Assembly (NCBI GenBank): GCA_040143965.1 | Contig: JASJQH010006908.1 | Coordinates: forward strand, 1 to 43,341 | Source of the DNA: Basidiobolus ranarum | Lineage: Eukaryota | DNA: 43,341 nt | Direction: 5' to 3' | Shown here: piece after piece, positions 1 to 11,000 of the stretch | Numbering within the stretch: position 1 is the first letter of the stretch | How the letters are laid out: the number at the start of each line of letters is the position of its first letter | Made by a program: the position numbers and the translations under genes | The notes under the pieces: generated by a model | Database searches by the model: none | Told to the model about the DNA's origin: nothing | What the model saw: only the letters and a program-made list of their open reading frames with translations

Positions 1-5
1 TAACG

Positions 6-540
6 TGTAGAATATGTTAAGGAAGGCCCCAGGAACATGTGTGCAAAGTTTGGGGCTTCTAGCACAAGTTTGAAAAATCTATATATCTGAGAACTTCTAA
101 GTTGGTAAAAATATTCCAAGTAATTCCAATTGAGAATAATGGGTAATATCTTAGTTCAATATAAGACAACTAGAAACTAGGCTATATATGACTATATAGG
201 TGTTTAAGCAATGCTAATTTCAACACAGACCACATCCAACAAACTCCCAAAATACTTCAAGACTCTCCTCCTGCTTCAAGCTATTGTATATGTATGGTGA
301 CTTTGTTCCCCTATTAACATATATGTCTAATGTATCTAGTAATGGATTTCATAAAGTACAGCATGGTGAAACATCACTGCCTCCCTTCTTAAAGTTTGAA
401 ATATTAGGTTTATCAACTCCAATTCTGACATTTATTTTCAGTGAGTGCAAGTGGGGTTAAATGCTTGAGAATACTATAATACCAGTTAATAAACTCTGAA
501 ATAGTAATACACACTTCTAATAGCAGCTAACAAACTCTTA
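6..540. mobile_element. CpG-free non-coding stretch, possible edge or remnant of a methylated repeat/transposon
   Basis: No CG dinucleotide between positions 6 and 547, while CpG is common in the rest of the window. No listed ORF, no transposase and no clean TIR. Confidence 0.25.
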
Positions 541-1659
541 TTATACACGACTGTTAATACGTGAAGAAGTAATATGTTGGCCCTGCTCATAAGATTTTTT
601 ATATTTTTCCTCCAGAGTAGCCTTACTAGGGTTAAGCTTTCCATTGATAGGCTTCCTTCCAGTTAAGGTAGTTTTTTCTTCTGCTAATTGAAATTTCTTA
701 CGAATATCTGAGATACTCCGTGTGGCTTTAGTAGTCTTGAAACTAGCACCTACATCGTTTAAACTTTGGGTATTTTTCAACTGGTTACCAGCCGTTGAAT
801 TGAATCCTGGAGATTTTTTGGTTGGAGAGGCAGAGGTGGAGGTGGAAGTTGGCACTGCCTTAATTTTACTCGTCGGTGATAAATCGCTTCTTCTAGTAGC
901 AGCTTCGCGTGATGAGGGAGTTTTATCTAGTGATGCATTACTTTGGTCGCTTGAAACACTCTGGAAATGGGTTAATAAGTTAGATATATCTTCGAATTTA
1001 AGTTAGATGTACCGGAGAAGGGCCTACCGAGAACAATACGCTCGTCAAGGCTACAGAGATAGAGACCACCACTTTCGAAAGGCTCATTACATAGGAGCCA
1101 TACTAAACAAAGCAATAGTGTTAGCGAAAGTAAAATGATCTCTATTTGTTGAATGATAGATTTACATCTTTCTTGAAGTCTTCGATATGATATTGATTGG
1201 AGCGAAACAATGGACGTAAGTGTTGTTTATAAACTGCCTCAGACCCCTGCAAAAATCATAGTAATGTTAGTAGCAGTTCTTGCCTACATCAAATGAACAA
1301 AATACCTACCCATGGTTGAGTGAATAATACAAATAAAATTGCGAATAGCTTAAAATATCCATAAAATGGCAGCCTGCTCACACAAGATTAATATATATTC
1401 CCTGGTTGTTAGAAGTATAAAGGTTCTTACCACCAGCCCAGAAAAATGTCAGCCCAGAATTCGGTGGCACGATAGAAAGCCATCACAATCCAGAACATTA
1501 ACCATTGCATGCCCTTCTCTTTATTTCGAGACCTTACGGCCTTGAAAGAGCAATAAAGACCTAGGGAGAGACTTCAAAGTATTGTTCAGAAAAGTACGCA
1601 TATATATGGTCAAAGTTTCTGTGCGGTTACCAGGTTAATTTGGTTAACGAATATAGCAT
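541..1659 (-). CDS. TB2/DP1/HVA22 (REEP/Yop1-family) ER-shaping membrane protein with basic C-terminal tail, 6 exons
   Basis: Spliced translation MLYSLTKLTCLSLGLYCSFKAVRSRNKEKGMQWLMFWIVMAFYRATEFWADIFLGWWLPFYGYFKLFAILFVLFTQPWGSEAVYKQHLRPLF matches the family pattern (Y.SFKA, WLM.W, W.PFY..K, G....Y...LRP). GT-AG introns; the last exon contains ORF 541..855. Confidence 0.85.
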
Positions 1660-2168
1660 CTACGAAATACTTTGGTATTCTAAGTTTGGGGAGTTGAGTA
1701 CAGTCTAGAAAAATGAATGGTAAGGATTAAAGTTTTGAGATAGAAGTAGTGGCATAAAGGTAAAGTATATTTTGAAAGGGATAAGTTATTCGTTTTATCA
1801 AGTGGTATGATTGATTAGAAACATCAAGGAGACAAGTGCAGGATGTAAGACATTATTTCCTTCCCCCTGATCTCTTGGATTGAATTACCAGTCTTGAGTA
1901 TTACACGAGCCCAAGTCCCACCATGATCCGATATATCCAACACCACGTTGTTAGCTGTGAGGATGTGTCAGTCTTGTGCTTTAATGAAATTATTTAGCCG
2001 GCAATTGTTGTTTGTGTTTAGTTGAGGTATAAATTAAATCAAGAGTCCATGAAATGGCCTACCGAAGTTAGATTTCGCAATATGAGGAATAAATTTATTG
2101 TTCAAAATTGGATTGGAATGAATGAACCTAGTTATTTTCCTTTACAATCCCGAAAATTCTCGTAAACC

Positions 2169-2552
2169 ATGCTTCAATGCCTTAAGCTAAAGCCAACATG
2201 GTCCGTTAGGTCCCTTCTTCCGACAACTGCCACTCAATCCTCGGAGGTTCTAACAAAAGAAGAACTTATCCACCTTTCGAAACTTTCAAATCTTCATTTT
2301 TCCCCTGAAAGATTGGAAAGTTTGACTAAAGATGTAAATGACCTTTGCCATTTAGTTAAAAAGATACAAGAGGTTGATGTTAGTGGTGTTGACCCATTAA
2401 TAAGACTGACTCCGGAGAAAACCATTAGCTTCCAAGAAGTCGGTGCGGACGAAGAACTCTACTCAAAAGAAATTAAAGGACGGGGTTTATTGAAACACGC
2501 TAAAGAGCTATACGGCAACTATTATGTAGTAAGACAGGACTCGAAAAAATAA
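2169..2552 (+). CDS. GATC: Mitochondrial Glu-tRNA(Gln) amidotransferase subunit C (GatC), intronless
   Basis: LTKEELIHLSKLSNL...L..DVN.L...VKKIQEVDVSGVDPL and C-terminal LLKHAKE..GNYYVV are GatC signatures. The basic, acid-free N-terminus resembles a mitochondrial presequence. Confidence 0.8.
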   Translation: MLQCLKLKPTWSVRSLLPTTATQSSEVLTKEELIHLSKLSNLHFSPERLESLTKDVNDLCHLVKKIQEVDVSGVDPLIRLTPEKTISFQEVGADEELYSKEIKGRGLLKHAKELYGNYYVVRQDSKK

Positions 2553-3086
2553 GGTCGCATGTAGTTAATAAGAATAATAAAAGTGTTAAACACCTAGTAT
2601 ACGATGCAGTTGCTCTTGATTTTTAGATATGATGACAGCAATATTCAGCTGTAACGTATAAATCCTTGGTATTCTATTCTCCAGCTAGAAGCATATTGTA
2701 ACTCGAAACTAGCACAGAGCATTCTGATTTTTAAAGCAGTAGGATTTAACTACTGTATATATGCGGTATATATGGGCCATTATTACTCCTGGATATAATG
2801 AAATCACAGTACATTCAAAATACACTTCTCCGCTGATCAGTTCAACTAAGTACTATCAGTAAATATGCTTTAGAATTACGGCTAAGAGATGTATGCTTAT
2901 CTGGGAAATCTTGAGTAAAGAGTTCGTATCCCCAAGGCTAGCAATCTAGAGCATTATTGGTTCACTGAGATGGGCCCTTTGATAGGTATTAATAATATCA
3001 TGACGTCAATGATAAAGAAAAAATGTATAAAATAGTTTGATTGAAGAAAACATCCTACACACACGTACAGTAACAATCCCACAATC

Positions 3087-3560
3087 ATGACCGAGTACAA
3101 AGAGTTACTACATACCCTTTTGGAACAGGAAACCAATCTTGAATTTTCCCAGTTTACCAATGAGGATGCACTTCAGCTTGGGCTCTTGATTCTCTCCAAA
3201 GCCAAGGCACTAAACAGCAAGCCGGTTGTCATAGATATTTCACGAAATGGCCAGCAACTCTTCCATTTTGCTATGAACGGGACCTCCATTGATAATGCTG
3301 AGTGGATTCAACGCAAGATTCGCACAGTTCAACGCTTCGGTCATAGCTCATTTTACATTGGACAATATATTGGCAGTCAGGGTAAGACTGTAGAGCAGAA
3401 ATACTTCGTCTCTGAGAAAGAATACGCAGTCCACGGAGGCGCCTTCCCATTGATCATCAAGAATGTAGGTATTGTTGGTACAATCGCAGTTTCAGGCCTT
3501 GCTCAACAAGATGATCATCAGATTATAGTAGACAGTATCCAAGAATATTTAAAGGCATAA
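3087..3560 (+). CDS. UPF0303 / haem-degrading-domain protein (YBR137W-like, GlcG/HbpS fold), intronless
   Basis: QE..L.F..F.NEDA..LG, GTS.DN..W..RK..TV.RFG.SS, YAVHGGAFPL, GTIAVSGL.Q.DDH motifs. TATA-like TATAAAA near 3026. Confidence 0.9.
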   Translation: MTEYKELLHTLLEQETNLEFSQFTNEDALQLGLLILSKAKALNSKPVVIDISRNGQQLFHFAMNGTSIDNAEWIQRKIRTVQRFGHSSFYIGQYIGSQGKTVEQKYFVSEKEYAVHGGAFPLIIKNVGIVGTIAVSGLAQQDDHQIIVDSIQEYLKA

Positions 3561-3889
3561 ATCATTGAATAAATAGAACAATTAATAAAGTAAGTTAAGC
3601 GCTAATATCTTAGTAGCTGTATCTCAGCATATCCGGAGGTATCCTGGTTATGCTAGCTGTTGCTATAAATTATTCGGATGCTCTTCATCAGATATTCTTC
3701 TACGTTCTTCGCGGATGGACCTTAATTTGGAGATGGAATTTTTTTTTCGTCTTTGCCAATTATATTGAAGGAAGAATCTGGGATTGTCACCCATGCAAGA
3801 AGCAAGAAATTTGCTAAACACAGTAGATATTTAAGAAGTGTGAATGTGTGGAAACTGTACCTTTTGCCTTGGTAACATTCAGCATTAAA

Positions 3890-4321
3890 ATGTCCGTTTC
3901 CCACGTTGTTGAATCTCACGTCATCCCTGCCCCAGCCAACGCTGTTTGGTCTATGGTCAGAGAATGCAACTTCAAGTTCTGGAGTCTTGTTGAATCCGTC
4001 GAGGTTCAACACGGCGCTGCTGCTGAGGTTGGTTCCACCCGCAAGGTCATCTTCAAGGATGGTACAGTTCAAGTCTTCAAGATTGTCGAACTCTCTGATC
4101 TCCGTCATACCGTCACCTATGAAATCATTGAATCCGAGCCCGCCACCGACTTCATGTCTTCCATGCATAGCTTCAAGCTTCTCCCCATCACTCACGATAA
4201 CACCACCTTCATCCAATGGTCTGGTGACTTCAGTGCTGATGCTACCCAAGCTGTTATCCAAGACTCTCAATACAAGAAGAAGGATGGATTAGTCGAGCTT
4301 GCCAAGGCTCTCCGTCAATAG
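3890..4321 (+). CDS. SRPBCC / polyketide cyclase-2 / Bet v1-like protein (143 aa), intronless
   Basis: AAAATG start at 3890; VI.APA..VW..VR, VGSTR.V.FKDG, T.I.WS.DFS.DA pattern; strong C/T-ending codon bias like the ribosomal protein genes. Confidence 0.85.
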   Translation: MSVSHVVESHVIPAPANAVWSMVRECNFKFWSLVESVEVQHGAAAEVGSTRKVIFKDGTVQVFKIVELSDLRHTVTYEIIESEPATDFMSSMHSFKLLPITHDNTTFIQWSGDFSADATQAVIQDSQYKKKDGLVELAKALRQ

Positions 4322-4406
4322 ATATCTCTTATAACATATTTAGAGCAACATTTCTGTATAATATCAGGATTCCATAATTAGTAGAAATTTTGTTAAATAA
4401 ATTTTC

Positions 4407-4442
4407 GAGATTTTAGAGATTTTGGAGATTCTGGAGATTTCA
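4407..4442. repeat. Imperfect 9-bp tandem repeat (GAGATTTTA-like) x4
   Basis: gagatttta gagattttg gagattctg gagatttca downstream of the SRPBCC gene. Confidence 0.7.
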
Positions 4443-4833
4443 GTTAACCTACATTGCATCAATGTGAAAGAGCATATACGTACCAATCATGCCATTGAAA
4501 CCTTAGGAATAATGAGCTGTGGTCGTTATTAAGTTGAATACATATAATTCACTTAAACCAAAGAAGGTTGAGCTGAAATTTGATCAATTTGGTGTTTCAC
4601 AGACTGCGAAAAGTCACTTGGAAAAATCCATTATAAAACCTAAAACCTCTTTAAACAATAAAGGTTCCTCTTTCACTGATTTTTTGTTCACCTTTTATTC
4701 TTAACAAGTTAGGAATGCTACCATTTAGACAACCATAAATTCTATCATTGCTATATTTCGCTTTCTTTTTCAATAATACTTTGAGTTTTTTATACTATAT
4801 ATTCTTCAACATTACTGGTTCATCTAAACAAAT

Positions 4834-7096
4834 ATGAACCATTCTTTTTTTCAAAGTGAAACTTCACCGAGAAACTTTGATTCTTACCTTCGACAGACCC
4901 AACCTAATAAGCCCAGAAACACAGGCCCTACAAGTGGAAATTTTCCACCTGGGTTTGATCCTCCCGAAGATGTTTACACGTCATCTAGCTCGAATGTATA
5001 TTTGGATACCAAGGGGCTTTATTCAACAGAAGCTTCAGGTTTTTTCTTTTTCAACAAAAGATTATTGGTTCAATTACGTTCGTTCTATCTTCTTACCGCG
5101 TAAGTTTCTATCCATAGACAGTCGCAATCGAGGAGACTTAAGAGGATTTAATAGCTCAGCAAACAGGAGTAATTATTATGAACCAAGAAATGCCCAGGTT
5201 TTTAAGGCTTCATTTGAGATTCACTTGGTTTATTACTAATCCATTGCCAACTTTGCTAGAAGAATTTCGCTCCCAGAAATCCTTACTACACCGCTGATTC
5301 TCAACTAACTTTTAATCCTACCCTACCTAAACGTGATCTAGTATATGACGAGTCCGCGAGAGCAGAAGTCAGCTTACTACCTAGTAATTTGCTTGAGAAT
5401 CAAGCTCGTTCCCAGCCTCCCACTGAGTTATCTAACGGACAACGGTTTTCGTATCCTCGAAACGAATATCATAATGCTACTTCGGCAGACAACAATTCTA
5501 GGTATGGCAACAATAGTGTCGGAGATCACTTTTCACGCAATATTGAGTCATTTGGGAGACATAATGGCAATCGGTATTATGGAGGATCAGATGAATCAAA
5601 CAGAACGCTTTATCAAAACCCTAGGTATGGTGACAGAGAGCGAAGAGGAGAGGCCTCATATTCCGATATGAATTTTCGTGATGATCCACGTTTAGTTGGT
5701 AACATGCCACGTTCTCAGAAAAGTATTGCGGAGCCATATTTGAATGATGCAAATGTTGGTAATAATAACTTTTACGGACTAAATCAAAGCCATCAACATC
5801 CTTATAATGACCCACGACAAGACGCGAACGTTCGATTTACCGGAAGAAATACAGGGTTTACTCTTGGATCGGGTATGGGTGGCACTGGTAACATAGATCG
5901 GGGATATTCAAACAGGAATTTGGATGCCAATAGCCGTTCTGATGGTACGTGTTTCTGAATCTACTTGATTAGTTCTCCAGTTACTTATAACTCTCATTTA
6001 TCCTAGATCGGTTACATAGCACTTCCATGCGACATAATCTCCAGGGGTGGAATGGCTTTGGAAATCCAATGCAGGAGAACTCTCAACATAGGCCTTTCCA
6101 GGCAAATAATTCTCATGATATGGTTCCAAGAGGACAGATGAATAGTTATCCAGTTGCCCCTATCGCAAATCAACCAAGAACTGCAGGACGAATGGGAAAA
6201 TGCACGAATCCTGAGCTCTTATCTCTATACAATCCTAAAAGCTTCAACACCGCTCCTGTCAATGTAAACCTCAGTTACTTTCGTCATTATTTACGTAGTG
6301 TATTTATAGTTATCGTCTCTCTAGGCTCGCTTTTTTGTCATCAAATCTTTTACTGAGGATGATGTGCACAAATCTTTGAAGGTAAAAATAGAATATCTCA
6401 TTTTCCCTACCATTTACTGACATTTCTGTTCAAATAGTACCATATTTGGACCAGCACAGAGATGGGCAATCGGAGGTTGGACAGGGCTTATAAGGAGAAC
6501 TGTAGTAAAGGACCTATTTACCTATTTTTTAGTGTAAATGGAAGGTATGTCCATTTTGTAAGAATCCATCTTGGCAGCAAATCAAGTAACCTGTTCTGTG
6601 CCGTTTTTAGTGGGCATTTCTGCGGAGCTGCCCAAATGTTAACACCTCTTGACTACAGTACGAATAGTACAGTTTGGGCTCAAAATAAGTGGAAGGGAAT
6701 TTTCAATTTGAAATGGATATTCGTCAAAGACATACCTAACGCTCATCTTCGTCATATCTTGGTGCCGTAAGTAATGGCGGTTGAAAATAAGCAAATCAAT
6801 AAGTGATGTTAACACCTTTGTTTTGCATATATAGAATTAACAGTAATAAGCCGGTTACTAATAGTAGAGATACACAAGAGTTGAACGAGGAAGCTGGACA
6901 GGACATGCTCAAGATGTTCTTGGAGTATCGACACAAAGCATCTATTTTGGATGATTTTGAATTTTACGAGAAAAAAATAGCAGAAATTGCAACCAACTCA
7001 ACATCTGACTATGATAGTAGGGACTCGGGACCGCCAGCAGCTTCGATGACACGTTCTATCTCTCTATCTAGTTATCACAGTAATACTTCCACTTGA
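4834..7096 (+). CDS. YTH-domain m6A reader (YTHDF/Pho92 type) with long N/G/R/Y-rich low-complexity N-terminus, multi-exon
   Basis: Spliced [34 protein letters not shown]...[21 protein letters not shown]...[24 protein letters not shown]....[13 protein letters not shown]. The aromatic-cage Trp residues are present. Confidence 0.93.
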
Positions 7097-7513
7097 GTAT
7101 TCTTCACCATGTAGCGATTAGATAAGAGAAAGAGTCCACTCAAATTTTGATTGAAATCATTAATCTGGTGACCGGGAAGGGAGCGTGTATCTTTTTAATC
7201 ACAAATATTCTATCAGCAATCCATTATCATGTTAGAACATTATTTTCGTTAATTGTGCTCTTGCCAGGTCTCTTTTGCACATAACCATCTTTTCTTTCCT
7301 TCTGATCTCATCAATGGGTACATTGTATATCTATTTGATAAGCAGATAAGGTTTAATTCATATCATGTAATCCACTGATGGGATTTTCCATTACTTTTCT
7401 TCTTCACATACATATCTTGCTAACTTGAATCAATTTTTGCCATCATGAACATTCACATTTTTTACAATTCTTACTTGAATTCGGGATTTTTTTCTTTATT
7501 ATTTTAACCAACT

Positions 7514-7559
7514 TTTCTTTCTCTCCCCCTCCTCTCCTCTCCCCTCCCCTCCCTTCTCT
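7514..7559. repeat. Polypyrimidine/polypurine low-complexity tract between convergent genes
   Basis: ttttctttctctccccctcctctcctctcccctcccctcccttctct. Confidence 0.6.
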
Positions 7560-8068
7560 ACCGAACACCACTTAAGTAACACGTATTAAGTTTAAAGACA
7601 TTGATATTTGCAATAATTAATTAATGAATCCAAAACTTTCGGGAAGGTTTATTTCATGTAAAAGATCCAAGTATGCCAGATGATTCATTTTAAATCTTAG
7701 GAAGTGGCGGAGGGGGAGGGACGATTATCGATATTAAAATTCAATAAATGATTCATAAACGGCAATGAAGTAATGATAAATGAGAAAGAAACATATTCAG
7801 TTATAATGAACATCCAGAACTTTAAGACGTCTTAGTTATTGATGTCAAGTATAAAAGGAATGGATTTCTAGTATTTAGAGGTAAGATGTGATCTGGGATA
7901 AAAAACCATAAAATCTTAGTAATAATATTAGTACATGGTCGGAAGGAAATTTTTGGTGAGGTTAAGTGGAAGGTTAGGAAATATATAAATGGTCGGGTAA
8001 AAGTACATGTAAACCTTTTAAGATATAGTGAAATGGTTAAGTAAATGGATACATGAATAAATGTAACC

Positions 8069-11000
8069 TCATTTGGCGGAGGAGGGAGCATAGGATTTAG
8101 ATCTAGTGAGTGGTGTACCATTAGGTGGTGAAGTAGCCACTAGTAAGTTACCTGAAGATACACTTCGTTCAGTCTTACGAAATTGCTCTTTCTGAATGGT
8201 TAAAAGGGATTCATTTTGATGAAGTTGTTGAAGTTGTTGCTTTTGTTGAGCAGTGATGATCATAGATGATTTCTTCTTATTTGTCTCATTTAAAAGATCC
8301 ACATTTTTGTACATAAATGCGTCAAACTCGGGATCTAATACACTGGGTGGTCGTGGCACTGGTAAGGGATCAATCAGTTTGGTACTTTTTCCTCTTCGTA
8401 AAACTGATATACGTCGTTCTCTTTTAGGTAATACAAGGGATGCTGGTGCATTAACTGAATCCTTAGTGATATCATCCATTAAAGGATCTGTGATGTCCAT
8501 CAGAGGTGTGACTGCTAGAGGAGTACTATCAGCTTCCGTTAGACTGGCTGTAGAAAGACCTCGAATGTCAGCACGCATATTACGAACTAAATGAAAGATA
8601 AATCTTAGTTTGGACTCAGAGTGACAATGTGCCATTACTAACCATCAAAATAACTGGTATCAAGTTGGTCAATCGGATCAGGGATGAAAGGGGGCTCGTG
8701 TTGTCTCATATTGTCCCAATCTATTCCATCGAAAAACCCATGGTTCTTGACATCTAGTCACAAATAAGCAAAGTAAGTAAGAAAGTAAATAGGTAATACT
8801 ATATGGATGCAACTAACCTTCAGATTTTAGTCGAACCTCTGGATCCACCGTTAGAAGTTTGGAAATTAAATCCTTGGCCAAATCTGACAAGATCCCTTCT
8901 GGTGGCCAATCAATAGCTAAAAAATCATCGTTGGGTTATGCTGATGGTTTTTAACCAGTTGGGTTGAGTACTTACCATGGTTTAAGATGTTTTTAAATAT
9001 CGTTTCAGGTGTTTCATCCATAAACGGAGGGTAACCCACAAGAAATTCAAACAAGCAAACACCTAGAGCCCACCAATCAACAGCAGGTCCTATAAACCAA
9101 ATGAATGTTAGCTGAAGAAGCCTTTCAGCGTTAACTCCCAACATACCATGACCAATTCCGGTAAGTAGTTCCGGTGCAAGATAGTCCGGTGTTCCCAACA
9201 GCTTGGTGTCGCGAACAACTCCATTCTTCAGAGCAAGTAGTCGTGCAGAGGCAATTTTATCACGGCTTAGTGTTCCACGTAAAGAGCCGTGCGGAGCTTT
9301 TGCTTGTATTGATTGCTCAAGGGCTGCGCGGCGAAGGTTTTTGTGAGATTTTAGAGTTCCTCTGAGATTCTAGAGCAAAAGGGTTAGATAAATTTGATTG
9401 AAGGTGAATCATTGAATCCTACCATTTTTTCAGACGATGATCCCGAATAAGCCTCCTTGTCCTTAACAGATATTCTGGATAAACCAAAGTCCTGTTGTAG
9501 AGAAAATATCAAGTTAATCATAAGTTCTGGTCCAGAGAATAGCGTAGAGAGAATTACTGTTAGCTTAATATGCCCTTCAGAGTCGATCAAAAGGTTATCT
9601 GGCTTTAGATCCCTGTGGGTAATCCCATTGTTGTGTAAGTACTCTAGAGCAAGGACAGTTTCCGCAGTATAGATACGAGCCATATCCTCTTCAAAGGCGC
9701 CCATGATTTGTAGCAAAGAACTGAGATCACCGCCAATTAGATATTCCATCACCTAAAATCATTAAATGGGTCAGATCTGAGTTGTATATACTCAAGGTAC
9801 GCATGCTTACCAGGTAAAGATAATCAGTGGATTGGAATGCATAATACAGCTTAACAACGAACGGAGTCTTCGCAAGGCTCATAACACGTCTCTCCGCCAT
9901 AACTTGACTGACCATATTCTTGCGAACCATGTCGGACTTTTTCAGGATCTTTATAGCGTACAGATCATGTGTAGTCCGTTTCTTTGCCAGATAAACTTTC
10001 CCAAAAGCACCTCGACTAATAGGTTTCAAGATTTCGAAATCTCGGATACTTGGCATCCTTGCACTTCTCTGAGTCTGAAAAGCGAAGCAATTGTGAGTAA
10101 AATAGTCAATAGATTGCTACACAAAAGGCAATACATACTGTCTTCTCAAGGGTGCTACTTGATCCGGAATATGATACAGTTCTTTTACTTCCACCTCGGA
10201 GAATGGCTGTAAATAAGGAAACGAGCCTTTTGGATCCGGATGATCCAACCAGTGGAGAAGAGCCATCTGTTTCTGAGTTGATGTTGATTAGGATGTGGTG
10301 ATCCTTATTAAACTAGTGCATTTCTCATACCATAATTCAAATTCTTAGATGAGCCGCTTTGTGAGCGATTGTGACGGCCATTATTAGCTGCACTATAGTT
10401 GTACCCGATACCAGAGATTTCATATCCAGATCGAACACTCAAGTTAGTGGATGAAATGGAGTTATTGTAATTAGCGGTATAGGCCACTTGGAACTCCGAC
10501 ATCAAATTGGATTTCTCTTGGATCTAATACATATCTGTTAGCGAAGAATACTGACAATGTTGAAGCAGCCATTACTAACCAATCCAGTAGCCCTGTTTGC
10601 ATAATTGACAATTTGGATATCAATGCCAGAACTTGGTGTGCTACCAACAATCCGATTCAGTCTATCACGGTATTTTTGAAATTTCGTGACAGCATACTTT
10701 CCGGTTTCATTGATTCTAATAGTTCTATAGTAAAACGTGTCACTAGTTGCTCATCGAGGTGATTAAAAAAAGCCTTCGCTTACTTGTTGACCATGTGTTC
10801 GATGTTTTCAGCATCCTTGATCATACGATTACTACCACCAGATTGCTACATGTAAAAAGGATAAAAAAGTAAGCGCCAAGTACGAGAAAATAAACAAGAT
10901 CATTCGGAAACTGACCATCAATTCCTGTCTCCTTCGGGCGACTGATCCAGCAAGCCTTTGAAGACAAACATTCATCTCATCCTGCTTAATGTGGAACTGC

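Noticed and set aside
17-392. Possible TTAA-flanked TIR pair (TTAAGGAAGG … CCCTTCTTAA)
   Set aside because: The match is short and imperfect, and the CpG-free zone extends beyond it; not enough to call an element.
3722-4292. Antisense and alternate-frame ORFs over the SRPBCC gene
   Set aside because: Explained by strong codon bias of the real gene; no recognisable motifs.
7822-8121. 99-aa minus-strand ORF after the kinase stop
   Set aside because: AT-rich 3'-UTR sequence, no family features.
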